Of a stretch of 64,000 bases of DNA, positions 40,205-50,300 are shown piece by piece. Each line of letters begins with the position of its first letter. Within the stretch, counting starts at the first letter, position 1. Source of the stretch: an uncultured Planctomycetota bacterium (GTDB taxonomy: Bacteria; Planctomycetota; Planctomycetia; Isosphaerales; Isosphaeraceae); contig CAWJTV010000033.1 of the NCBI GenBank assembly GCA_963845755.1, positions 96,001 through 160,000 on the forward strand, given 5' to 3'. The notes under the pieces are model-generated. The model was not told where the DNA came from. It saw nothing but the letters and a program-made list of their open reading frames with translations, and searched no databases. Made by a program: the position numbers and the translations under genes.

Positions 40205-40948
40205 CTACTTCCCATCACCCTCTCGCTTACGGCGCGGGCGATCGGGATCGGGCTCCGGGTCCGGAGTCCGGACCTCGCGAGCCGTCAGGTTGACCTGGGG
40301 ACGCGGATAGCTCAGGTCGTGCTTACCCAAGCGATAATTCAAGTAGACGACCCGGTGAACCCGGGGCTCGTCCTTGACGGTGTACTGGCTGAATTGCGGA
40401 TAGACCTTGAGCTGCTCACCATAGGTCTCGTACAGCTTCTTGACCTCATCGCTCTTCTCGCGTGCCGCGGCCACGGCCTCGTCGAACTCGGTATCGGAGA
40501 GCGGCGTGGGAATGTGCTGGGCCGCCTGGACATCGACGACGCGCCCCGTGTTCAGGTTGACGGTCGCATAGAACGTGATGTCGTCGAAATAGCGATAGGA
40601 GGTCACGACGGCTCGAGGAGCCGGGGCCTTGGCCGTGTTCTTGGTCTTGGCCTTGGCCTTGGAAGCCTCGCCCGGGGCCGGCGGATCGTCCTCCTTGCGG
40701 GGGAGGAGCTCGACGTTGACCACGTATTCGCGCTGATCGGCTTCGGGTTCGGAAGCCCCTTCGGTCTTCTTGCGCAGCTCTCGCATCGCCCCTCGGGCCA
40801 GCTCGACGGCCTGCTTGGTCTGCTGGGCGGTCAACCCGGGGCGCGGGCTCGGAGGCTGATCCTGAGCACCCGCCTGCCAGACCATGATGGAACCGACCAG
40901 CCCCATCGCGGCGGCCAGGACTGCCAGGGCCCGGAATCCGAGATTCAT
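40205..40948 (-). CDS. Secreted protein resembling the N2/N3 domains of copper amine oxidases
   Basis: Signal peptide and two repeats of the pattern L[TS]xxE/QxxxAV...V[ND]L...V; GAGGAG RBS. Confidence 0.65.
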   Translation of the reverse strand: MNLGFRALAVLAAAMGLVGSIMVWQAGAQDQPPSPRPGLTAQQTKQAVELARGAMRELRKKTEGASEPEADQREYVVNVELLPRKEDDPPAPGEASKAKAKTKNTAKAPAPRAVVTSYRYFDDITFYATVNLNTGRVVDVQAAQHIPTPLSDTEFDEAVAAAREKSDEVKKLYETYGEQLKVYPQFSQYTVKDEPRVHRVVYLNYRLGKHDLSYPRPQVNLTAREVRTPDPEPDPDRPRRKREGDGK

Positions 40949-41106
40949 GGATGTCTCCTCGTAGTATGTCTTGATGCTCGTCCTCGTCGGCCTGGGGGCT
41001 GCACCGGCACGACCGGCCGGACCTCATCCACCCAGCCGACATCGAATCGAGGCTCGGACGGAGCCGCATCCCGACCAAATCGAGCTTCGCGTTCACAGGC
41101 TCGTGC

Positions 41107-44100
41107 TCACGGCTCGTGGTCGTCGAGATGGGCCTCGAGGACCTTGGCAATTCGGTGGCGGCACTCCTCGAGGTGTGCCCGGCTGGTGTCGTCGATCGTC
41201 AGGTTGGTGGTCTCGAGGACCTTGCCGATCCGGCTGGCGATCTCCTTGAGGTGAAGGCGGGCGAGGGCTCGAGCGTCCGCCGGGACCCCCGCGGCGCCAC
41301 CGCGGATGAATACCACGTAGGTGAACTGGTCGGCGGCCGATGCGCCGTTATTGCCGAGGATCATGGTGCTGAGCCGGCGCAGGTACTCGCGTTGGAGGTT
41401 GCGGCGGATGGTAGACAGGGCCGCCTTCGCCGCCTTGTCCTCCTTGGGACCGCCGAGATGATCGAGGTCCGACCAGACGCCGTCGGTCATCGCCCGGAAG
41501 ACCTCCTCCATGCGGAGCGGGTCGGTGCCGGGATTGGCCTGGAGTTGCTGGTTCTGGAGTCGGGCCAGGGTCCGGCCGGACAGGCAGCGGCTCAGGACGA
41601 TCTTCTGAATGCCGAGGATCTTCTCGAGCACCGAGATATCCATGCTGGGCCCGGAGAAGCCGCTGGAACCCCAGTGCATCCAGCGTTCGGTCCCGAGGCG
41701 GCGGAGCAGAGCGGGGGAGAACTGGAACGAACCATCGCTGAGGATCGCATCGACCAGGAACTTGAGGCAATCGCGCTGCTTGGCCCCGGGCACGGGGACG
41801 ATCGGGTCGTGAGCGTCCTTATCGGCCTTGTGGTCGCGCGAGACCGACTGGCCGCCGATATGCTCAGAGGCCAGCGTCGCACCGTCACCCCACTGTTGCA
41901 GAAGAATACTGAAGGCGCGGCGGGTCCGCGCCCAGGAGTCGCCGTCCTTGACCACCCGCTCGTCGAGATCCTTCAACAGCTCGATGGCCATGGCGATCCG
42001 CTGCTTGCCGAACTCGCAGGGGTCTGACCCGAGATCCCAGCGGTTGACATACGGGTCGTCGTTGAGCATGGCGTCTTCATCGGTCGCGTAGACCAGATCG
42101 CTCTCGGGCGCCTGCGCGGCGATCTTCTTCAACTCGGACGCCTCATCCCCCATCAAGGGCTTGTAGGCGTACTCGATCGCCCAGTAGTCGTACGGGCCGA
42201 TCGTGGTCGAGTAATAATCACCCTGCTTCTTCCCCTTGGGCGCGATGTTGATCGGACTATAGTCCATTACACTGCCGACTAGTCCTTTGACGTGCGTGAT
42301 CGACGTGTCGTTGAGCTGATCGCTCTTCAACATCGTGCTGGCCTTAAAGTTGTGACGCAAGCCCAGCGAGTGCCCCACTTCGTGCATCACGATATGCTTG
42401 ATCGCCTGGCCGACGAACTCCTCGGGCAGTTCGTCCTTGGGCTGGGGCTTCTTCGCGCTGGACTTACCCTTCCCCTGATCCTTGGGCGGTGCGATGGTCT
42501 CCAGAGCGACCTCTGCCGCATCCAACTTGAAGGCATCGTTGCCTTGCTTCTCGAGAACAGACTTGTCTTTCGACTCGTCGGAATCCACGGGCGTCAATGG
42601 CGGGCGTGTTTGGACATTCCGCTCCCCATCCGCCATGGCGATGGCGGCCAGGGCGAAGTCGCGCTGGATGCCGGTCTGGAACTGGCATTCGCCCCGCGTT
42701 CCCCGGGCCACATTCCGGGCCAGGTCCCAGGCGAGGAAGTTCTGATCGGCGGGGACGACCTCCGGATGCATCCGATTGGGATTGTGATCGAGCGCGTCGA
42801 TTCCGAGGAGAGAGCCGGCCGTCGGCTGCCCGTAGCCCATCTTGGCTGCCAGAATGGGGCTGATCACTTCACCGAGGGCCAGGGGGGCCGTGGGCTCCCG
42901 GCCACTCGTGGCCGTTTGGCTGCCGATCAGGAGGGCGTATTGCTGTTTCCACGAGCGGATGAAGTCGGCATCGAACACCACATCGCCGTCGATCATCTCG
43001 CCGGTCATGGGGTTGGCACGCAGGCAGGACATGGCGCCGCCCATCTCGCCGGTGACCCAGCGGAACGTGCAATAATTCGTGTCTTCCGGATCGAAATCGT
43101 CCCGTCCCTGCTCCTCCCAGCGGACGGCGATCGCGTCTCGGAAGCCGATCCGTTCGAACGCCTTGTTCCATTCGCGAATCCCTTCCTCGACGTACGGGCG
43201 GTACTCGATCGGCACGGTGTCCTCGACGTACCAGACGATCTGCTTCCTCGGCGGCGAGAGCTTGGCTCCGGGGTTGGCCTTTTCCAACCGCCAGCGGTTG
43301 ATCATCCGGACGAAATTGGAATCCGCATCCGCGACATCGAAATCCTTGGTCGCGCTCAAGAAGTGGCCGACGCGATCGTCCGCCATCCGAGGGTGATAAC
43401 CGAACCCCGGGGCCCGAATCAGGCTGTAATGCATGACAATCGTGATGCCCCGGTGGTCCACCACAGGATCGTTCTGGCCCGACATGAACCGCCGGCCGCC
43501 GCTGAAGGTGGTCTCGACCTCCAGTTCCAGGTTGTTCGGAAATCCCTTGGCCTTGACCCAGCTACAGCGGCTGCGGTCCACCATGCCCAGCCCGAGCTGA
43601 GCGAAATCGGTCATGAAGATGTCGGAGAGATCGATCAGGACCGCACCCCCGCGCATCATGTTCACGGAGGCGATCGGCAGCGCCATCAGGACCGAGTCGG
43701 TGTAGTTCTGCTGGACCGACTTCCCCAGCGGCGTGCCATCCGCGGCCTTGAAGTGGATGTTCCGTCGGACGACCTGGATCCGGTCGTTGACGCGCCGGAA
43801 GATCAGGACCATCTCGTCGTCCCGGCCGATCGGAAAGCCCGTCATGCCCATGCCGTGCGCGATCGTGATGGGGACGAGGAGCGGCTGGTTGAGCTGATGG
43901 GGCAGGAACTCTGCGTAGAGATGCTCACCCTTCCGGTAGAGTGTGAACAACCCTTCGATCCTCTCGGCTCCACGGGTCACTTCATTGAAGTCACGGCCCG
44001 GCCCCATGGCGGCTCGCGGCCCTCCCCGCGCACCCGCGATGACCCCTTCGAAATCAATCGGTCTCGACTCCTGAGCAGCCAGGTCCGAGGCCATGAGGCC

Positions 44101-44145
44101 CACGGTCAGGGCCGCGGCCCATCCCACACCGATGACGCGACTCAT
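41107..44145 (-). CDS. Zinc-dependent metalloprotease (DUF5117/DUF5118 + EcxA-type metzincin)
   Basis: PRMADDRVGHF, INRWRLEK, HEVGHSLGLRHNF, SVMDY and GPYDYWAIEYAY; signal peptide. Confidence 0.92.
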   Translation of the reverse strand: MSRVIGVGWAAALTVGLMASDLAAQESRPIDFEGVIAGARGGPRAAMGPGRDFNEVTRGAERIEGLFTLYRKGEHLYAEFLPHQLNQPLLVPITIAHGMGMTGFPIGRDDEMVLIFRRVNDRIQVVRRNIHFKAADGTPLGKSVQQNYTDSVLMALPIASVNMMRGGAVLIDLSDIFMTDFAQLGLGMVDRSRCSWVKAKGFPNNLELEVETTFSGGRRFMSGQNDPVVDHRGITIVMHYSLIRAPGFGYHPRMADDRVGHFLSATKDFDVADADSNFVRMINRWRLEKANPGAKLSPPRKQIVWYVEDTVPIEYRPYVEEGIREWNKAFERIGFRDAIAVRWEEQGRDDFDPEDTNYCTFRWVTGEMGGAMSCLRANPMTGEMIDGDVVFDADFIRSWKQQYALLIGSQTATSGREPTAPLALGEVISPILAAKMGYGQPTAGSLLGIDALDHNPNRMHPEVVPADQNFLAWDLARNVARGTRGECQFQTGIQRDFALAAIAMADGERNVQTRPPLTPVDSDESKDKSVLEKQGNDAFKLDAAEVALETIAPPKDQGKGKSSAKKPQPKDELPEEFVGQAIKHIVMHEVGHSLGLRHNFKASTMLKSDQLNDTSITHVKGLVGSVMDYSPINIAPKGKKQGDYYSTTIGPYDYWAIEYAYKPLMGDEASELKKIAAQAPESDLVYATDEDAMLNDDPYVNRWDLGSDPCEFGKQRIAMAIELLKDLDERVVKDGDSWARTRRAFSILLQQWGDGATLASEHIGGQSVSRDHKADKDAHDPIVPVPGAKQRDCLKFLVDAILSDGSFQFSPALLRRLGTERWMHWGSSGFSGPSMDISVLEKILGIQKIVLSRCLSGRTLARLQNQQLQANPGTDPLRMEEVFRAMTDGVWSDLDHLGGPKEDKAAKAALSTIRRNLQREYLRRLSTMILGNNGASAADQFTYVVFIRGGAAGVPADARALARLHLKEIASRIGKVLETTNLTIDDTSRAHLEECRHRIAKVLEAHLDDHEP

Positions 44146-45439
44146 GAAGCTCTCCTCGAAGGTGGTGACGATCTGATGCTGAACGGCGACCGCCGTGGAT
44201 TCGATTTGCCTGGTACCCGGGACGCGCAGCGTGTCTCGGAAAGGATGGCCAGCGTCGCTCGATCCGCTGCCTCAGACTTCTCCCAGCTTGCCGATCCCGC
44301 ATTCCTCTTTATCTTGACGAATGAATTCCGCAGTGGCAAGCGGGGCCTGGGACATTGGTCGTCGGATCTCGGCCGTCCCCAGGCCATCGCGGTCGGTCCT
44401 CCACCCGCTCCGACTCGGCCTTCGTCGCATCCGTTCCCGATCCTCGACCCGTGTCGCCGGCGGGCTCGGCCCTTTTTTCGAGAGTCCTGGGCGAACACCA
44501 CTCCGTGATGGAGGTGGTGCGCTGTCTGGCTCCGAGAACCCGAGTGGTCATCGGCGACGTCCCAGGCGACAGCGCGCGCTCGGCTCGTTGGTCGCCGAGG
44601 GGGTGGCGCCGACCGCGGATCGTGACGCAGGTTGGCACGGATGGGCAGTGATTTGCCAGGCCGCCCTCGCCGATCTCGCTGGCCCGAAACGAGTTCGGGA
44701 TGAGTGCGTCCCGGCGCGGTCCGGGCCGGTTATTGACCCGGGCATTCGGAAGGCGGATCGTTGAGGTTTGTCCACTGGATCGGTCTCGGAAGGCCAATGA
44801 CGGCGCTCGGAAGTGTGCAGCATCGCGCTCTATTTAATAGGATGCCTCAACTTCGGAAAACCGTTAATGCACCTAGTCCCGAAATCGGGGATTTAGACTT
44901 CCGAACTCTCAATCGCGGCAGGGGTTACGAAAAATCGAAAAAAATTTTTTGATGGTGGATTGCGCACCGCCATACTGCGCACAAATGTATCGGACGTCGA
45001 GACCGGAAAGACCCCACCGACGAACTCACGTCCTCTCCCATCCCGCCGCCACGATCGGCGCGGAGATCGGTGAGGGTCGGCGAGGGTCTTGATCGGTTCC
45101 CGTCTCGCGAACGCGCTGTGATCGGCGATGGCACGATGCGCGTTGCGCCACGGCGACCCGAAGGGCGAGAGGGATCCATTTTTCGCGAGTTATGAGACGC
45201 ATGTCCACATGGAATTTGACGCGACGGACGAACAGGATCAGCGATCTTCTCTGACTCATCCGCACTGGTGTGGGAAGATTTTGATTTGCCTGCGCCCTCG
45301 CCCCACGATCGGCCCAAAAGAGGCCCGAGTCGGCTCGCCGCCGGGCGTTTCGCCAAGACCGAGACGTACGGCGAGGCTGGCCTCATCGACTACGGGTTGG
45401 AGGCGCTGGGATTGGCATCGGATCGGAATCGCTGATTGT

Positions 45440-45789
45440 GGAACTCGTGAAAGACCTCCACCAGCGGGCCTCCTCCGCGCTTGATGGCGCCCTGGCGCAT
45501 CGAGCTGGCTCATGGCCTTGCGAACGGTGATCACCACGAGCAATCGCCAGAGATCATCGCGATCGGCGAGCCGGGGGAACCGGCTCTCGGCGGCGCCGCC
45601 GCAGAAGGAGTTGAAGGCGCTCTGCGCGGCGTCCTCCGCGTCTTCGGCCGCGCCGGCCCGGGCCCGGAGCCGCTCGCGCGCCAGGCGGACCAGCCGGTCG
45701 AAACAGCGCTCCCACAGATGCTGGGACGCGGCGTCGCCGCCCGACTTCAGGTCGCCGATCCAGCACGTGACCGACCCCTCGCACATCAT
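45440..45789 (-). pseudogene. Truncated planctomycete ECF-type sigma factor (region 2 only)
   Basis: GSVTCWIGDLKSGGDAASQHLWERCFDRLVRLAR...EDAAQSAFNSF...DRDDLWRLLVVITVRKA. I found no region-4 HTH downstream. Confidence 0.7.
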
Positions 45790-46214
45790 GGTCATGATTG
45801 CCCTTCGCGGCGGACGTGGTGCGGTTCCCTCGCGACTCACCGATAGTACGGCGTAGAGCTTCCCTGTGACATGCATATTCTAATCCGACTTTGGCGTAAG
45901 GCGTCAAGGACCAAGTCGTGCGGCGGGCATTCGCCCGGCCGCGAATGCTCTCGATTCCGGTTCGAACGGGAACCCACCGAGAAGGGGAGGACTTCGGATC
46001 ACATTTCTTTTTCGCAACTATATCCCGATTTGCGGCCCATTTCGGATGAAGAGGGAGAGGGCGATCGGGAATGGCGGGCGAGGATCCTTAGAACGACGGG
46101 AGATCGCCGGAGTCCGGAGGATCTTCCCTGCGTCCGGAGCGGCCACATCGCAGGTTGGCTGAGGTCGGGCAACGGGTGGATTCCTGGGCCGCGATTCCAG
46201 GCCGGCCGAGGCTG

Positions 46215-46235
46215 GTGAAAGATCCCGGCAATTCT
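46215..46235 (+). promoter_or_regulatory. 21-bp motif, copy 1 (upstream of the PEP-CTERM-like gene)
   Basis: GTGAAAGATCCCGGCAATTCT; copy 2 is at 47170. Confidence 0.6.
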
Positions 46236-46382
46236 CTTGATGTCGCCTCTCGGAAGAACCCTGTTCGATCGTCTCCCGAGCGGCCCGGTTCGTTGACCGC
46301 CCATTGTCGGGGCGAGTTCGTCGGGTCATGCCTGACCTGACGTTCCAACTTCTTCGCAACCTCAGAACTTCGGAGGACGCCC

Positions 46383-47112
46383 ATGCGCCGGATGACTTCG
46401 ACTCACCTCCTAGGGATCGTCTGCGCGACTGGCCTCTTGCTCCTGGGACCGGCTCGGCCCAGTTTCGGCGGGGGCCTGCTCAACTTTCAGTTCGATCCCA
46501 ATGGACCGGCCGGCCTCACGATCAATGGCGGCTTGAGTTATGACGCTTCCACCGGTGAATTCAGTGGCACGTCGGTTCCTCTCACACTCAGCTCATCGAC
46601 GATACCCGGAGGCGCCGGTTTCGTGCGTTTCTCCGGCGATCCTCAGCTCTCCTTCGACCTGTTCGTTAACCAGGATGGGACGTTCGCGGGTAACGGCGCC
46701 GGGTTCGACTTGACCGGAACCTTGTCGATCGGCGGTACCAACATCTCCGGGACACTGCTCACCGGAGACTTCACGGCGTTCGGGGCGGAGCCCGCGGGAC
46801 CGCCGACGTGGGTGGCCAACGCGGCTCTTTGATACCACCGGGGGATTGCTGACCCAATCCAATCCCTTGGCCGACGGGACCACATTTCCCACTCAGTTCC
46901 CCATCGGAGGACCCCCGGTCGGGATCGACTTCCTCGCCGAACATGTCAGCAGCGGGACTCTCGGTGATTTCACCCATAACTTCAGCGATGATTTCAAGAC
47001 CATTTTCAACCCGACCACGATCGCTGAGCCCGCGAGTTGGGCCCTCGGGATGATCGCCATCGTCATCCTCAGTGGCTTCGGTTTCATCTCGAAACGGGGC
47101 ACCCGCCGCTGA
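46383..47112 (+). CDS. Secreted PEP-CTERM-like protein; frameshift near 46828
   Basis: Signal peptide, beta-rich domain, and C-terminal IAEPASWALGMIAIVILSGFGFISKRGTRR (xEP motif, TM helix, basic tail). Confidence 0.75.
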
Positions 47113-47169
47113 TATCGCCCTCATGGTGGCAAGTCGGAGGGGCGGGAGTTGAACGACTTCACGGAGATC

Positions 47170-47190
47170 GTGAAAGATCCCGACAATTCT
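47170..47190 (+). promoter_or_regulatory. 21-bp motif, copy 2 (upstream of the Rhs gene)
   Basis: GTGAAAGATCCCGACAATTCT, one mismatch to copy 1. Confidence 0.6.
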
Positions 47191-47300
47191 TCGTTTAATG
47201 CGGACGAGCCGGTTCCATCGGTAGGCCCGTCTCCAAGGATCCCATTGCGCACCGAGACCAAGCCCCACATCGCTCCAGGCTTTGCAAGAAGGAGACATCC

Positions 47301-50300
47301 ATGCGTATCACATCGCTTTGCTCAATCTTCCGCAGTGGACTTGCATCTCGGGAACTGAAAGCGCTCTCAGCGGTCCCGATCGAGGCGCAAGCGATTGCAC
47401 CTGTTCGTCGATCGGCTGGAAGACTACGCTCCCCCGAATGTTTTGGCTCCGGGCTCGCTCTCGATTGGAGTGGAACTCGGGACGAAGGCGATGGCGGCCG
47501 GAGCTCTCGCTTCGGCGGTCGCCGACTCGGTGGGGGATCGCGAGTATCGCGAGGTCGCGGCGAAGCGACTAGCCCATGTCGAGGGGCCGTTTGCGGCGAT
47601 GGCCCACAGGACGAAATGGCATGGTCATAGCTCTGCGACGAGCCACGCTCGACCATCGACCGGCGCAGGTCGACGGAATGCGGTCGTCCGGTTCCTCCCA
47701 CAGGATCCGTTTACGCAGACCCTCGGAGGGTCGTTCCGAGGAGTCTCTTCGATTCACCCACAAAGCTCCTCTCAACTTGAACAGCGGATCGGGCCCGATG
47801 GCGGGCCGTGGGTCCCTGGCTTCGTCGTCGGCGACGTCGCCGATTACGAGCCAGCGGACCCCGGCTGCGACAGCCCCGAATCCCGGGCTCAATTCTTCGA
47901 CCGCTTTCGCCGGGGCCATCGGAGCCCTCTCGGCGCCGGTCAACTCGGCCCTCGCCGGCGCGGGATTGCCGTCGAACGCTTCGGGCAACGGCCAGGCTGG
48001 AGGAGCCGGCATGCCGGGCGCTGCCGGAACCGGCTTACCCTCCCCTTCGCCGGTGGCGCCGGTCGCGCTTCCGACCCCACCTGCGAGCAATCCCGAGTCA
48101 GGCGGACCGGCTGGGGGTGGGCTGCCGTCGACCGACGGTGGCGGGCTGACCCCATTAACCGGCGGTGGGGGGGCAGGCGGTGGTTTCGGTGGAAACAATG
48201 GCCTGCTGAATATCGCGCAGGATTCGGTGGGGCCCGATATCGCCTCCGGCGCAAACACCGACATCTCCTACACCCAGGTCGGCAACAATGCCAATCCGTT
48301 CCAGTACAGTGCCATCCCTCTCGAAATCACACTGGGAGACGGCTCGACGTATCCGATCAACGACCCTTCAGCCGGCGGGACGGCCACGACGAGTTTGAAC
48401 GTGCTCCTGGACAATACGGGGCACTACTCCCAGTTCATGGCGGGCGACGGCCTGAGCGTGACTGGCTCGGTCACCATCAACGGCACCACGTTCGACGGCA
48501 CATTGGTCACGGCCCAGGTCCAGGTCTTCAGCTTCTCCCAGCCGCATCCGGCCGACACGGAGTTCGCCGTTCAACTCATCGTCACTGGCGGCCTGCTGGC
48601 CCAGCAACCGGCCGGCCAACTCCAGGTCGGCGGCGAGATCAACCTCTTGATCCACCAGCCTGGATTGACGATTAGTCGGTTCCCGCAGACCTTCTCTCTC
48701 GACTATGGCCCGGCGACCTCGGATCTCAAAGGCAATGGCGGCTCAACGGGCCAGCAAGATCCTCCTTGCCCGAGCTGCTCCGGTAGCCACAGCGTCTATC
48801 TTTTTGACGGCTCGTACCAGTACACGGTTACCGACCTGTCCATCCCCGGCCGGGGAATCGACTGGACATTCGAGCGCACCTATCGCAGCGACGTCTCCGA
48901 GACCGGTCCACTGGGTCACAACTGGGATTTCAACTACGACCGGCGCGCTCGTCGAGGTGACCGCGCAGAACCTGGCGGAGATCCAGGTCTTCTCGCCCAC
49001 GGCGAAGGTGGGCGATGTCCTCGAGCAGAACGGGCTCGAACGCACGGACCTCTACGTCCTCAATCCGGACGGCTCTTACACCGCGCCGACCGGCTACTTC
49101 ACCCAACTGGTCCATCATTCCGACGGCTCTTTCACCGAGCGGGACGCGACCGGAAACGTGGTCAACTACGGCGCACCGGCCACCGATGGCACCGCGCTGA
49201 TGACCAGCATGGCCGACCCCAACGGCGACACGATGCAATTTCAATATAATAATATGAACCAGCTCGTACGCGTGCTCGATACCCTCGGTGAACCGATCAA
49301 TTACATCTATGATACCAATCCCAACTCGGTTTCGGATGGACTCCTAATCGCGGTGCAGGACTTCACCGGCCGCACGCTCTCGTTCCACTACGACGCCGCG
49401 GGAGACCTGGTGGGCGTGACCTCCCGCCGTGACCGGCACGCCTACCGGCAACGACTTCCCCCAGGGGAAGACTGAAGCCTATACCTACTCGTCCGGCTTC
49501 AGCGACGACAATCTCAATCATAACCTGCTGACGATGACGGCGCCCGACGAGGTCGCCGACGGCGGCTCGCCGCGCATCTCGCTGACTTACGGCACCAATC
49601 CGAGTCTCCCCACCTACGACCGTGTGACCAGCCAGATGGAAGGGGGGACGAACGCGAATGGAGTCCCATCCGGCGGGACGATGACCTACCAGTACCAGGT
49701 CCTGGGGACCGCAGCGCCCCGGCGATTTCGCCACTCCCGTCTTCCAGACCATCGTCACCGACGGCGACGGCAATGTGGATCTCTACCAGTTCAACCAGTT
49801 GGGTAACACCGTTGAGTACCAGGTCTTCAACAACCGCAACGTCCGGCCCAGCGATCCGGCCTCGTACACCACGGTTTACCAGTACAACAAGGATTACCTC
49901 CGGCTCAGCGGGACGGATCCCGACGGCAATTCGGTTCAATATGTCTACGATTCCAGCAACCCGGATCGGCTCCTTCAAGGTAATCTGCTCGCGGAGATCC
50001 AGCACGCCGACCCCGCGCGGGGCGGCGACCAGTCAACCATCGAAACGACCTACACCTACGAGCCGTTCTACGACGAAATCCACACGATGACCGAAGCTCG
50101 AGGCAACGATCCCAACTACGTGCCTCCCAATGGCGGATCCAACTCCGCGGCCCGCTACACCACCGTCTACACCTACGACTACCAGGAGGGGACCAACTTC
50201 GCCGGCCTGGGCCAGGTGCTCGGAATCACTGCCACCCAGGCGCAGCTACTCCTCGCCCAGGCGGGCATCCCGATGGGTCTCGGTGACGTCAACGGCGATG

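Noticed and set aside
42292..44508. 738-aa + strand ORF
   Set aside because: Antisense to the metzincin gene; no recognisable features.
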